Positions 48,067 through 57,942 of a DNA stretch of 64,000 nt are shown here, piece by piece. Position 1 is the stretch's first letter. Every line of letters starts with the position of its first letter. Where the stretch lies: the NCBI GenBank assembly GCA_963718565.1, contig OY970364.1:1184001-1248000 (forward strand), given 5' to 3'. The notes beneath the pieces were generated by a model. That model was not told the origin of the DNA. It worked only from the letters and a program-made list of their open reading frames with translations, and did not search any database. Position numbers and translations under genes: made by a program. This stretch comes from an uncultured Verrucomicrobiae bacterium (GTDB lineage: Bacteria > Chlamydiota > Chlamydiia > Chlamydiales > Rhabdochlamydiaceae).

Positions 48067-48699
48067 CTAAGAAGCAAAGTTAAAATCCCTAATCCTAATC
48101 GTACTATCCCTTGAACCAGAAGCGAACTTGCCATTAGAGACTGTCATGCAAGTGATCAGGTCTTGATGCCCGCTTAGCGTCTGAACCTCTTTTCCGGTGC
48201 TGAGATCCCAGATCTTCATCGTATTATCCCATGAGCTAGAAATGAGCTTACCATCAGAGAGTGTCATGCAATTGATCCAGTCTTGATGCCCGCTTAGCGT
48301 CCTAAGCTCTTGCCCGGTCCTGAGGTTCCAGATCTTCATCGTATTATCCCATGAGCCAGAAATGAGATTGTCATTAAAGACTGTCACACAACTGATCAAG
48401 CCTTCATGCCCGCTTAGAGTCTTAAGCTCTTGCCCGGTGCTGAGGTTCCAGATCTTTATCGTTTTATCCACCGAGCCAGAAATGAGATTGCCACCAAAGA
48501 ATGTCATGCAGCTGATCGAGCCTCGATGCCCGCTTAGCGTCTTAAGCTCTTTTCCGGTGATGAGATCCCAGATCTTCATCGTTTTATCCTTTGAACCAGA
48601 AATGAGATTGCTATTAAGGACTGTCACACAACCGATCGAGTCTTGATGCCCGCTTAGCGTCTTAAGCTCTTGTCCAGTGCTGAGATCCCAGATCTTCAT
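48067..48699 (-). CDS. WD40-repeat protein (5 repeats, probably N-terminally truncated)
   Basis: TLSGH..ISGSWDNTMKIWDL repeats with an exact 120-bp DNA period. Confidence 0.85.
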   Translation of the reverse strand: MKIWDLSTGQELKTLSGHQDSIGCVTVLNSNLISGSKDKTMKIWDLITGKELKTLSGHRGSISCMTFFGGNLISGSVDKTIKIWNLSTGQELKTLSGHEGLISCVTVFNDNLISGSWDNTMKIWNLRTGQELRTLSGHQDWINCMTLSDGKLISSSWDNTMKIWDLSTGKEVQTLSGHQDLITCMTVSNGKFASGSRDSTIRIRDFNFAS

Positions 48700-48748
48700 C
48701 TGTTGGAATTACCAACAGAGGAAATATTTGTTAAAGAATTCATATTGA

Positions 48749-50083
48749 TCACTCTAATATCTGCCAAAGCTTTTTCGAATTGGATCCTTTGAGTAGAACA
48801 ACGTCCCCCTCTTCTGCAAGTTCAAAGACTCTTCTCTTGATGGAATCGAATTCCAGAAAATGTTCAACTGGCCGATCTTCTTTTTTGAACAGATTGACCA
48901 TCGTGATGCATTCCTCCCCCAAACAGAGGAGATAGTCGATGTGCGAGAGCGCGATTTTTGCGACTTCATAATGGCTTTGCTCAGTATACGCCCCGAGTTC
49001 TTTCATGGCGCCAAGCACAGCGATTCTCTTTTTCCCAGCACGGGGCATGGGAAGGTTGGAGAGCGCCGCTTTCATCGATGTCAAGTTAGCATTATAGGAA
49101 TCATTAATGAAGACAATCCCGTCACGCTCTACTTTTTCAAATCGTCGCCTATAGACTGTGAGTTTTTGTATCTGAGGGATAATTTCAGACCATCGCATTC
49201 CCATGGCTCGTGCGACTGAAGCGGCTCCAATAAAGTTTTCGCAGAGATGGCTAGCTGTGAAAGGAAGGGAAAAGGCCAAGGTTCGGCCCTCTCTTTCTTT
49301 GGCATAAAAATTCTGGCCTTCATGGCAGAGGACAAAATCACTATCATTGACTTCTGCCTCCAATCCATACGTCATTTTCAAGCAAGAACTGCTCTGAGCT
49401 GCAGAAAACTGAGCAACCTGATGATTGAGGATGCCGAGACGAGTGTTAGGATGAGAAAGAATTTCCGCTTTAGCCGCTGCAATTCCTTCCAGCCCATCTG
49501 GGAAAAAAGCAGCATGGGCCAGTGCAACCTTAGTGATGATACAAACTTCCGGAGGAGCGATGTCGATTAACTTTTCTATTTCGTGCGGCAGGCTCATTCC
49601 CATTTCCATCACAAAGACTTCTTCATTTCCTTCTGAATTGAGAATGCTGAGAGGAACACCGACTTGTGAATTGGCATTTCCGGGTGTTTTTCCCACACGA
49701 AATTTACCCTCTAAAATCGTCGCGATAAACTCTTTTGTTGTTGTCTTACCGACAGAACCTGTCACTCCGACCACACGCACAGAGCGTCCTGCATGGACAG
49801 TTTTCGAAAGTGTTTGTAAGGATTCGATCACATTTTCGACAGCGATTAGCTTGAGGCCAAATCCTTCACCTTGATAATCTTTTGAAACAACGGCTCCGAT
49901 AGCCCCTTGTGCAGCGACTTCTTTCAAATAGTCATGGCCATCGACTTTTTCTCCTTTAAGGGCGAAAAAAAGATCTCCTGGTAATACTTCCCGGCTATTC
50001 TGTTTAAATCCGCGGACTTTTCCTGAAACTGAAACGTTGCTTTTCAGCCATTTAACAACCTGAGCAAAATCAAACTCCGCCAT
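48749..50083 (-). CDS. murF: UDP-MurNAc-tripeptide--D-Ala-D-Ala ligase
   Basis: LFFALKGEKVDGH, VTGSVGKTTTKE, EMGM, INDSYNAN, LGAMKELG, LLKGS. Confidence 0.96.
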   Translation of the reverse strand: MAEFDFAQVVKWLKSNVSVSGKVRGFKQNSREVLPGDLFFALKGEKVDGHDYLKEVAAQGAIGAVVSKDYQGEGFGLKLIAVENVIESLQTLSKTVHAGRSVRVVGVTGSVGKTTTKEFIATILEGKFRVGKTPGNANSQVGVPLSILNSEGNEEVFVMEMGMSLPHEIEKLIDIAPPEVCIITKVALAHAAFFPDGLEGIAAAKAEILSHPNTRLGILNHQVAQFSAAQSSSCLKMTYGLEAEVNDSDFVLCHEGQNFYAKEREGRTLAFSLPFTASHLCENFIGAASVARAMGMRWSEIIPQIQKLTVYRRRFEKVERDGIVFINDSYNANLTSMKAALSNLPMPRAGKKRIAVLGAMKELGAYTEQSHYEVAKIALSHIDYLLCLGEECITMVNLFKKEDRPVEHFLEFDSIKRRVFELAEEGDVVLLKGSNSKKLWQILE

Positions 50084-50192
50084 CGTCCGTCCCCAGTTCA
50101 TACCGGATAGTGATTCAAAAGAATGCAGAAAAGTGAAAAGTTTTGCAAGTCCCTCTTTGAAAAAAGTCTCATGTTCACTAACATGGGTATCC

Positions 50193-51152
50193 ATGAAAGA
50201 AATTATCATTAAAACTCTCGTTCTTCTCAGTTTTGCTGAATTCTGTTACGCCAATCCCATTGGAAAAATTCCCATCGAACAAAAACGATACGTTTTCCCT
50301 AAACGCGTTCCCAAAACAGAGCAAGCTCCTCCAGACAAACTTGAAAACATTGAAGAATTGACTGCAGATGTTGAAGAGGAAATGTACAATGAGAAACCCC
50401 CTCATCAATCCCCTGCACAAAATCAAGAGGAAAACAAAGCACCTCCAAAACCAGTCAAGAAAAAAAGACCTTATAAGCCTTTTAAAATCGATGTCGCGCC
50501 CCAATATTCTTACGTCATTGTCCGCTCTCATGGAATGAGAAAAAATAAAGGGAATCTATGGGGAATATCGGGAGAGATGGAGTATAAAAAAAGCGACCAC
50601 ATCTATGGGGAAGCGAGTTTTCTTTGGAATGAAGGCGAGCTTAAGCCCCCCCACGGACATAAACATAACTGGAAAGAAGCCGTGGCACAAGCCGTGATTG
50701 GCTATACAACACCCATCTTCTACCGCACTATGATGACTCTTTGTGCGGGTTTTGGCTATCGTCGGGTGCTCGACCATAAGGGTTATGCTGGCTTTCATCC
50801 CCGAGTCGCTCTCAATTATTATCAATATTTTGTTCCTATCGGGCTGCTTGTTGATTTCAATGGTTGGGATCATTTCAGCTTCAGCTTGGATTTGAAAGCG
50901 ATGCCCACCGTGGATTCCCGTGTTCAAGTCAGCAATCACCCAGGGATTTTTTGGAAATTAAGCGACAAGATGAGCTATGAAGTCGATCTTCCCATTACCT
51001 GGAAGGCTGTCAGGGGAAAAGTCGCTGATTTCGATGTTGCTCTTGTTCCATTCTTCAAATATTGGCAATTGGGGGGAAGTTCTAGACTTGGCCTCCACTG
51101 CCGCACGCAAACCTATTGGGGCGCTGAAGTCTTATTGGGTCTATGTTTTTAA
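50193..51152 (+). CDS. Putative outer-membrane beta-barrel protein
   Basis: Signal peptide, charged Pro/Lys/Glu linker, amphipathic strands, terminal Phe. Confidence 0.7.
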   Translation: MKEIIIKTLVLLSFAEFCYANPIGKIPIEQKRYVFPKRVPKTEQAPPDKLENIEELTADVEEEMYNEKPPHQSPAQNQEENKAPPKPVKKKRPYKPFKIDVAPQYSYVIVRSHGMRKNKGNLWGISGEMEYKKSDHIYGEASFLWNEGELKPPHGHKHNWKEAVAQAVIGYTTPIFYRTMMTLCAGFGYRRVLDHKGYAGFHPRVALNYYQYFVPIGLLVDFNGWDHFSFSLDLKAMPTVDSRVQVSNHPGIFWKLSDKMSYEVDLPITWKAVRGKVADFDVALVPFFKYWQLGGSSRLGLHCRTQTYWGAEVLLGLCF

Positions 51153-51153
51153 A

Positions 51154-51429
51154 GAGGGAACTGCAAAACTCCTCGCCAGCAGAAAATCGATGATTTTGGC
51201 ACCTGTTGCCAGAACCCGCACAGCGGGTTCGGTTGGCGGCAGCGAAAGCATACTTGGATAAGTGGCTGCGAAGACACGAGAAGGTCCGGGGAACCTTCGT
51301 AAGTAGCAAAGCAGGTGAGCGAAGAGCGAACCGGGGCCGAAGGCAGCCGCCGCCAAGGCGACATAAGCTGATTAGCTAAATAATTTCCCCCAGAAAATCA
51401 CCCCGTTTTGTTAGTTTTGCAATTCCCTC
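51154..51429. repeat. Composite family A element (276 bp)
   Basis: Left part family A, internal module shared with 38415-38440, right end subtype B; begins 2 nt after a TAA stop. Confidence 0.88.
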
Positions 51430-51542
51430 TACAATTTAGGTAGTAAAATTTAAATTATGCAATTGACGCCTGGCACACATTCAAGCGCGTTTTTAATTGA
51501 CCACATATGTTCTTTTTAAGCATAATTTTTGCTTCAATCGAT

Positions 51543-51614
51543 GGTGGCATAGCCAAGTGGTAAGGCAGAAGCCTGCAAAGCTTCCATTCCCCAGTTCAAA
51601 TCTGGGTGCCACCT
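51543..51614 (+). tRNA. tRNA-Cys (GCA)
   Basis: GGTGGCA/TGCCACC acceptor stem, GAAGC-CTGCAAA-GCTTC anticodon arm, GTTCAAATC T-loop; CCA not encoded. Confidence 0.96.
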
Positions 51615-51632
51615 TTTAATTGAGTCATTCTT

Positions 51633-52448
51633 GTGCTCTATCTCGTTGCAACACCCATTGGCAATCTCGCTGATATTTCTTTTCGCGCTGTCGATACCTT
51701 GAAAAGATGCGACTATGTTTTATGCGAAGATACGCGCCATAGCCGCATTTTGCTCAACCATTATGGGATTCAGACTCCATTGAAATCGTTCCACCGCTTT
51801 AATGAGGCAAGCACGGAAGACGCGATTATCACTGATCTCAAAGAAGGCAAATCCATCGCCCTCATCTCCGATGCTGGGACACCATTAATTTCCGATCCTG
51901 GATATGAGATCGTTGCGCGATGCCGGCACGAAGGAATTGCAATCACAGCCATTCCTGGCCCTTGTGCGGCCATTGAAGCCTTGATCTTGTCCGGATTTCC
52001 TGCTGAACAGTTTCAATTCATTGGGTTTTTGCCTAAAAAAGAAAAAGAATTGCAAATGACTTTAGGCCGGACCTTATTTTATCCTGGAACAACAATTGCT
52101 TATGAGTCTCCGCATCGCATCGAAGAGACATTAAAACAAATTGCCCGCATCACCCCGGAAAGAAAGCTCTCTCTTGCAAGAGAATTGACGAAGATGCACG
52201 AGGAAGTTCTCAGCGGTACCTCCACTGAGCTGCTCGAACATTTTAAAAAAAATCCTCCGCGGGGTGAACTCGTTCTCCTCATCTCTCCTCCTGCAGAGAA
52301 CGTGTTTCTTGAACACCTTTCATTGCAAGAGCTGGTTGAAATGTTTCAAAAAAATCTGCAATTGAGTAAGACCGAAGCAATCAAACTTGCGGCACAAATG
52401 CGCCATCTTCCCAAACGGGAAGTTTATAAGCATTTCATGAATGACTAG
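51633..52448 (+). CDS. rsmI: 16S rRNA C1402 2'-O-methyltransferase
   Basis: LYLVATPIGNL, CEDTR, SDAGTPLISDPG, YESPHR, RELTKMHEE. Confidence 0.96.
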   Translation: MLYLVATPIGNLADISFRAVDTLKRCDYVLCEDTRHSRILLNHYGIQTPLKSFHRFNEASTEDAIITDLKEGKSIALISDAGTPLISDPGYEIVARCRHEGIAITAIPGPCAAIEALILSGFPAEQFQFIGFLPKKEKELQMTLGRTLFYPGTTIAYESPHRIEETLKQIARITPERKLSLARELTKMHEEVLSGTSTELLEHFKKNPPRGELVLLISPPAENVFLEHLSLQELVEMFQKNLQLSKTEAIKLAAQMRHLPKREVYKHFMND

Positions 52449-52463
52449 ATTATAAGAAATTAC

Positions 52464-52489
52464 TAGTCAACCTAACCGCGCGCCGTATA
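52464..52489. repeat. Family D scar
   Basis: AACCTAACCGCGCGCCGTATA matches the end of the element at 28389-28409. Confidence 0.75.
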
Positions 52490-52505
52490 CCTCTTGTCGC
52501 TGAAA

Positions 52506-52540
52506 GTAAATCCCTTGTTTATCCAAAAACAAGGGATTTA
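52506..52540. terminator. Hairpin between rsmI and nadC
   Basis: TAAATCCCTTGTTT..AAACAAGGGATTTA. Confidence 0.55.
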
Positions 52541-52601
52541 TTCCGAGTTGCACAATAATTTTTCTTACTTTATGCTTCTTGAATCTTAGAAGGGAAGAAA
52601 T

Positions 52602-53552
52602 ATGGAACATTTGGAACAAGAAGTGCGGCGTACAATCTTGCTTGCCTTAAACGAAGACCGAGCAATGCAAGATATTACTTCCCAAGCTTGTGTTTCTCCA
52701 GAAAAAATGATCCGGGCTGATCTTATATTGAAACAAAATTCCAAAATTGCTGGTTTGCGTTTCCTCCCCTGGATTTGTGAAACAATCGACCCTTCAATGC
52801 AATGGCAAGTCTACGCCTTTGAAGGCGGAGATTACGATGATGGAATGATCTTAGCTTCCATTGAAGGTAAGGCCCATTCTATTCTAGCTGGTGAGCGCAC
52901 GACCCTCAATCTTTTGCAGCATGCCAGTGGAGTCGCTCACCTCACAACGCAATATGTCAAAGCGGTGGAAGGTTTTGACTGCGAAATTCTGGACACACGG
53001 AAAACTCTACCGGGCTTGCGGGCTATTCAGAAGTATGCGGTCACAGTAGGAGGTGGAAAAAACCATCGATTCCACCTCGAAGAACATTTTTTGATTAAAA
53101 ATAATCACCTTGCCTTGCTCAAGGAAGTGTCCGCTCATCCTGTACTCGAGGCAATCCACCGTGCGAAAATCCTACAGCCCCAAGCCAAGATTGAAGTCGA
53201 AGTGGAGAATTTAGCTGACTTCGAAGAAGCTTTGCGAGGAAAAGCAGATCTGATTTTACTTGATAATATGACGCCAGCTGTCGTCGCAGAAGCAGTGAAA
53301 ATCTCTCAAGGAAGAGTGTATGTGGAAGCATCAGGAGGTATTGCTCTTGACAATGTCCGAGAATTTGCCTCAGCTGGGGTCAATGGCATTTCCATCGGGG
53401 CATTAACGCATTCAGTCACTGCCGTCGATATCAGCATGAGGATAGAGGGAATTGCAAAACTCCTCGCCAGCAGAAAATCAATGATTTTGGCACCTGTTGC
53501 CAGAACCCGCACAGCGGGTTCGGTTGGCGGCGGCGAAAGCATACTTGGATAA
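52602..53552 (+). CDS. nadC: Quinolinate phosphoribosyltransferase with repeat-derived C-terminal extension
   Basis: ERTTLN, DTRKTLPGLR, NHRF.L, IKNNH, EVEV, LLDN, EASGG, GALTHS. Confidence 0.95.
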   Translation: MEHLEQEVRRTILLALNEDRAMQDITSQACVSPEKMIRADLILKQNSKIAGLRFLPWICETIDPSMQWQVYAFEGGDYDDGMILASIEGKAHSILAGERTTLNLLQHASGVAHLTTQYVKAVEGFDCEILDTRKTLPGLRAIQKYAVTVGGGKNHRFHLEEHFLIKNNHLALLKEVSAHPVLEAIHRAKILQPQAKIEVEVENLADFEEALRGKADLILLDNMTPAVVAEAVKISQGRVYVEASGGIALDNVREFASAGVNGISIGALTHSVTAVDISMRIEGIAKLLASRKSMILAPVARTRTAGSVGGGESILG

Positions 53553-53626
53553 GTAGGAGAGCCGCTGCCAAGGCGACAGGTGCCAAAAGCGCGATTTTAT
53601 GCGGCGAGGAGTTTTGCGATTCCCTT
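53445..53626. repeat. Full-length 182-bp family A element overlapping the nadC 3' end
   Basis: TIR GAGGGAATTGCAAAACTCCTCGCC; near reverse complement of 13181-13362. Confidence 0.92.
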
Positions 53627-53667
53627 GATATAACTGAACAAACAAACTCAAAGAAAAAGGAATGAAT

Positions 53668-55266
53668 ATGGCTACGCCTAAGGAATTGATTTTTGAAGAA
53701 GAAGCGAGGAATAAGCTTCGCGAAGGAATTGATCAACTTGCCGATGTCGTTGGTGTCACTCTAGGGCCAAAAGGACGCAATGTTGGACTACAGGCCTCTT
53801 GGGGTGCCCCTACAATCACAAACGACGGCAATAGTATCGTCAAAGACATTGAGCTTAAGGACCAGTACGCCAATATGGGCGTGTCTTTAGGAAAAGAGGT
53901 TGCAAGCAAAATGAAAGAGAAGTGCGGCGATGGAACGACATCGAGCATCCTCTTGCTTCGCGCTCTTGTTCACAATGGTGTGAAAAACATCGCTTCGGGT
54001 TCTTCTCCTATCAATTTAAAAAGAGGGATGGACAAGGCTATTGAAGCGATCGTACAAGAACTGGAAAAAGCTTCTATTGCAATCAAAAGTGAAAAGGAAA
54101 CTCTAAATATTGCCGTTGCTTCAGCTTCAGGGAACGAAGCTATCGGCACAATGATCTCAAATGCCATAAAAAAAGTCGGTAAAGCAGGTGTGATCACGAT
54201 TGAAGAAGGCAAAGGGACAGAAGACACTGTGGAAACGGTTGAAGGAATGCAATTCGATCGCGGTTACGTCAGTGCTTACTTTTGTACCCATCCAGAAGCA
54301 ATGACTGTGGAGATAAGCGAGGCAAAGCTGCTGATCACGGATAAAAAGATCTCATCCGTCCAGGAAATTCTTCCTATTTTACAATCCGTCGCTTCAACGG
54401 CAACAGAACTTCTTATCATTGCAGAAGATATTGATGGCGACGCTCTTTCCACGCTGGTTGTTAATAAATTGCGCGGAACACTCAAAGTTTGTGCTGTTAA
54501 GGCTCCGGGCTTTGGTGACCGTCGCAAAGCAATGCTCGAAGATATCGCTATCCTCACTGGAGGGACAGTGGTTTCGGAAGAGACTGGGACAGCCCTCAAA
54601 GACGCGACCGTAGCTGTTCTCGGTTCCGCAGAAAAAATTCTGATTAACAAAGAAAAAACAACCATTGTCGGCGGGCGGGGCAATTCTAAGCAAATTCAAG
54701 CGCGGGTCAAGCAGATCGAAGCTGAAATCGCAAAAGCGACAAGCTCTTACGACAAGGAAAAACTCGAAGAGCGTAAAGCAAAACTCAGCGGTGGTGTTGC
54801 AGTCATTCGCGTGGGAGCTGCCACAGAGCCTGAGATGAAACAGAGAAAGCAGGCATTCGAAGATAGTTTAAATTCGACACGTGCTGCAATCGAAGAGGGG
54901 ATCGTTGTTGGCGGCGGATGCGCACTGCTCCGTGCAAGCAAGTCAGCTTCGCTTGTGCTTTCTGGAGATGAAGCTGTCGGCGCACAAATTGTTTTAAAAG
55001 CCTGTGGAGCTCCCTTCAAGCAGATCGTATCCAATACAGGGCTTGACAGCTCTGTTCTCTTGGATGAGGTGCTTGCTGCTGGCCCCCAATTTGGCTTCAA
55101 CGCAATGTCTGAAAAAGTTGAAGATCTATTGAAAGCTGGCATTGTGGACCCCGCTAAAGTTGTTAAGAATGCATTGCGTTTTGCGGTTTCAACGGCTGGC
55201 GTTATTCTTCTCTCAGAAGTATTGATCGGCAATGCTCCTGAAGAGGAAGAAGAAGAGAAAAAATAA
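53668..55266 (+). CDS. groEL: Chaperonin GroEL paralogue
   Basis: [34 protein letters not shown]; no adjacent groES; acidic tail. Confidence 0.96.
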   Translation: MATPKELIFEEEARNKLREGIDQLADVVGVTLGPKGRNVGLQASWGAPTITNDGNSIVKDIELKDQYANMGVSLGKEVASKMKEKCGDGTTSSILLLRALVHNGVKNIASGSSPINLKRGMDKAIEAIVQELEKASIAIKSEKETLNIAVASASGNEAIGTMISNAIKKVGKAGVITIEEGKGTEDTVETVEGMQFDRGYVSAYFCTHPEAMTVEISEAKLLITDKKISSVQEILPILQSVASTATELLIIAEDIDGDALSTLVVNKLRGTLKVCAVKAPGFGDRRKAMLEDIAILTGGTVVSEETGTALKDATVAVLGSAEKILINKEKTTIVGGRGNSKQIQARVKQIEAEIAKATSSYDKEKLEERKAKLSGGVAVIRVGAATEPEMKQRKQAFEDSLNSTRAAIEEGIVVGGGCALLRASKSASLVLSGDEAVGAQIVLKACGAPFKQIVSNTGLDSSVLLDEVLAAGPQFGFNAMSEKVEDLLKAGIVDPAKVVKNALRFAVSTAGVILLSEVLIGNAPEEEEEEKK

Positions 55267-55281
55267 ACTTGAGACAAAAAA

Positions 55282-55488
55282 TCTTGGATCCTTCTAATAC
55301 TCAGGCCATTGTAAGCCAATAACCGTCGCGTTTCCGCAAAGCTGGCGCTTCAGATTTGCATCGGGCTTCGCTGGCGGCAAAGCAGGCCATGTGCAAGCAC
55401 ATGGCCAATGCAGCCGGATGCAAAGGTGAAGATGCCAGCGCAGCGGAAACGCGACGGTTATTGGCTTACGATGCCTAAGGATCCAAGA
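55282..55488. repeat. ~200-bp multi-stem palindromic element
   Basis: GTAAGCCAATAACCGTCGCGTTTCCGC / GCGGAAACGCGACGGTTATTGGCTTAC arms; outer TCTTGGATCCTT IR; core GGCCATGTGC-AA-GCACATGGCC. Confidence 0.85.
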
Positions 55489-55496
55489 GATCTATT

Positions 55497-56429
55497 ATGC
55501 CAACGGCTGCTGTTCTTCCCGCACTCGGCATCGGCGATGCCTTGCTGATGATGATTGCCTCTCATCAATTGAAGCAGAAGGGTTATCACGTCACGACTTT
55601 TCACGATCATTTACCAGAACTTTCTTCTTGGTTCCCCGGACATGATTTAAAGTCATCCCTCTCTTTAGAAACAGGGATCCAAACGCTGGATCCTTTTGAT
55701 TTCATTTTCGTCGAAAATGATAATTCCCCCAAAATAAAACGCTTGCTCGAAGCTTTTCGGCCACAGCTATCAATTTTTTATCCCACTTATTCTGCGACAA
55801 AACATGCTCCGCTTTCGTTCCAAGATCATGTCTTCGACAGGGATTTGCCGATGGCCGACAATATTGCTGAAAGTATTGCTGTCTTTCTCGACTTGCCTAC
55901 GGCTTCGAAAGAAAACGGCCTTTCGCCACCCTCCGCATTGACCCATCGCTTAAGAAAAGAACAGATCATTATTCATCCGACAAGCCGTATTCCAGCAAAG
56001 AATTGGAAAGCTGACGGTTTTTTGGATGTCGCAGTTAAACTCAAACTTCAAGGTTTTCAACCTGTTTTCTGTGTTGGGCCTAATGAACGGCACATGTGGA
56101 AAACGATTGAAGAAGAAGGTTTTGTTCTGACCAACTCTCCTACACTCCCTGAACTTGCAGCAGCAGTCTATGAATCGGGGTTCGTGATCGGTAATGATTC
56201 ATTGCTCGGTCATCTAGCATCGAATTTAGGAGTCCCAACGCTGATTATCGCCGATGATGAGAAAAGAATGCGGTTATGGCGGCCAGGGTGGCACAAAGGT
56301 CATCTCGTCCTTCCTTCCCCCTATCTTCCCAATTGGAAATTTCTGCGATTGCGTGAGCGAAAATGGCGGCACTTTATCACATCGAGAAAAGTCTTAAAGA
56401 GTTTTAATCATCTTCTGCACTCTGGATGA
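55497..56429 (+). CDS. Glycosyltransferase family 9 (heptosyltransferase-like)
   Basis: GIGDALL, IIIHP.S..KNW, IGNDS.LGHLAS.LGVPTL. Confidence 0.85.
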   Translation: MPTAAVLPALGIGDALLMMIASHQLKQKGYHVTTFHDHLPELSSWFPGHDLKSSLSLETGIQTLDPFDFIFVENDNSPKIKRLLEAFRPQLSIFYPTYSATKHAPLSFQDHVFDRDLPMADNIAESIAVFLDLPTASKENGLSPPSALTHRLRKEQIIIHPTSRIPAKNWKADGFLDVAVKLKLQGFQPVFCVGPNERHMWKTIEEEGFVLTNSPTLPELAAAVYESGFVIGNDSLLGHLASNLGVPTLIIADDEKRMRLWRPGWHKGHLVLPSPYLPNWKFLRLRERKWRHFITSRKVLKSFNHLLHSG

Positions 56430-56511
56430 GCGATTGATATGAGCTCTTCCCCTAAATTCATCCGCAAGCTACAGTGAAGTTAAAATAATTTCTTTAGAAT
56501 TTAGGGGTCCC

Positions 56512-56904
56512 ATGAATAGAAGCAAGCGTCCGATTCCAAAAAAACTCCAAAAAAAAATGGAAAAAGAAGTTCGGGTTGCCCAAGGCCGCTACCCTATTCG
56601 CGAAGCTCATCAATACAGTGATGAGCTGACAACTCAAGAATTACTAAAAAAATACCCTAAAAAGAACGCTCAAAAGAAAGACGAAATAGTACAGTCTTCA
56701 AAGAAAGGCATTTTGATTAAAAAAAAGAGTAATCATAAGAACATCTCCAAGCGAACGACTCCTCATTTAGTCTCTACTGGAGAATCTCCTCCAGGGCATA
56801 TCCATGCTGAAGGAGGGCGCTGGATTAAAACATTGATTAAACAGAATCAGATGGAAAGAGCAATGCTTGCTCATAAAGGTGTCCGAGTCGGCCGGAAAAA
56901 ATAA
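56512..56904 (+). CDS. Lys/Arg-rich hypothetical protein
   Basis: 130-aa ORF filling the gap, AGGGG RBS. Confidence 0.65.
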   Translation: MNRSKRPIPKKLQKKMEKEVRVAQGRYPIREAHQYSDELTTQELLKKYPKKNAQKKDEIVQSSKKGILIKKKSNHKNISKRTTPHLVSTGESPPGHIHAEGGRWIKTLIKQNQMERAMLAHKGVRVGRKK

Positions 56905-56913
56905 GTATTTTAA

Positions 56914-56965
56914 GAGGGAATTGCAAAACCCCTCGACGCATAAAGAGGGGTTTTGCAATTCCCTC
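56914..56965. repeat. 52-bp collapsed family A element
   Basis: GAGGGAATTGCAAAACCCCTC..GAGGGGTTTTGCAATTCCCTC flanked by TAA/TTA. Confidence 0.9.
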
Positions 56966-57026
56966 TTAATACTTGAAAGAGTATCATTGATCCTTGCAGG
57001 TTGACAAGATCCTCTCAAATGTTTTT

Positions 57027-57938
57027 ATGCACGTTATTGAAAAACCACTCTTTCGTTTAGCCCACATTTCCGATTTGCATTTTTCCAAACTGACATGGGA
57101 TCCGTTTCAGTTTTGCTCAAAAAGATGGTTGGGAAACCTAAACCTTCTGTTGAAACGCAAACACACTTTTAATCCTGAAGGTCTTACAACCCTTGTTCCT
57201 CTTTTTCACGAACGCAACATCGATGCTGTACTTATTACAGGCGATCTGACCTCAACATCTCATGAAGCGGAATTCATCATGGCCCGGCAATTCATTGAGA
57301 GTCTTGAGCAAGAAAAATTTAAAGTTTTCACCCTCCCCGGCAACCATGACCAGTACACGAAAAAAGCCTATAAGAAACAGTTGTTTTATCAATTTTTTAA
57401 TGCGACCTATGCTCCTCCGACAGATCCATTGACTTCGCTCAGTCTTAAAGAAGATAGGCTGACAGCGACCTATTTTGGTCATGGATGGTGGTTAATCGGA
57501 TTGGATACTGCCATTGCAACTTCACTGATCTCTTCCAATGGGTATTTTTCTCAGGAATTAGAACAAAAGCTCGAAAGGTCTCTTAAAGAAATCCCCGCAG
57601 ACCACCGCGTCATTCTTATCAATCATTTTCCGATCTTCTCCAATGAATCTGCGCGCAAAAGCCTCATCCGTAAAGATGCACTCAAAAAGCAGATCGAAAG
57701 ATTTCCAAAAATCAAACTTTTTCTTCATGGTCACACACACCGCCATTGCATCGCAGATTTGCGCAGCAGCCACCTCCCTATTTTCCTCGATAGCGGTTCC
57801 ACGGCACAGAAAGAAGGCGGCACATGGCACTTGATCGAGATCACTGCCTCAGGCTGTGACATCGAGGTCTTTAAAAACACAAATCGCGATGGCTACGCTT
57901 TTTGGCAGCCCGTCATTAAATCAAACTTCAAGTGGTAA
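57027..57938 (+). CDS. Calcineurin-like metallophosphoesterase (Icc/CpdA-like)
   Basis: HISDLH, TGDL, PGNHD, HGHTH. Confidence 0.92.
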   Translation: MHVIEKPLFRLAHISDLHFSKLTWDPFQFCSKRWLGNLNLLLKRKHTFNPEGLTTLVPLFHERNIDAVLITGDLTSTSHEAEFIMARQFIESLEQEKFKVFTLPGNHDQYTKKAYKKQLFYQFFNATYAPPTDPLTSLSLKEDRLTATYFGHGWWLIGLDTAIATSLISSNGYFSQELEQKLERSLKEIPADHRVILINHFPIFSNESARKSLIRKDALKKQIERFPKIKLFLHGHTHRHCIADLRSSHLPIFLDSGSTAQKEGGTWHLIEITASGCDIEVFKNTNRDGYAFWQPVIKSNFKW

Positions 57939-57942
57939 AACA

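Noticed and set aside
48067..48699. 120-bp tandem repeats considered as a CRISPR array or DGR template
   Set aside because: Repeats are contiguous, in-frame WD40 units with no unique spacers; no cas or reverse transcriptase gene in the window
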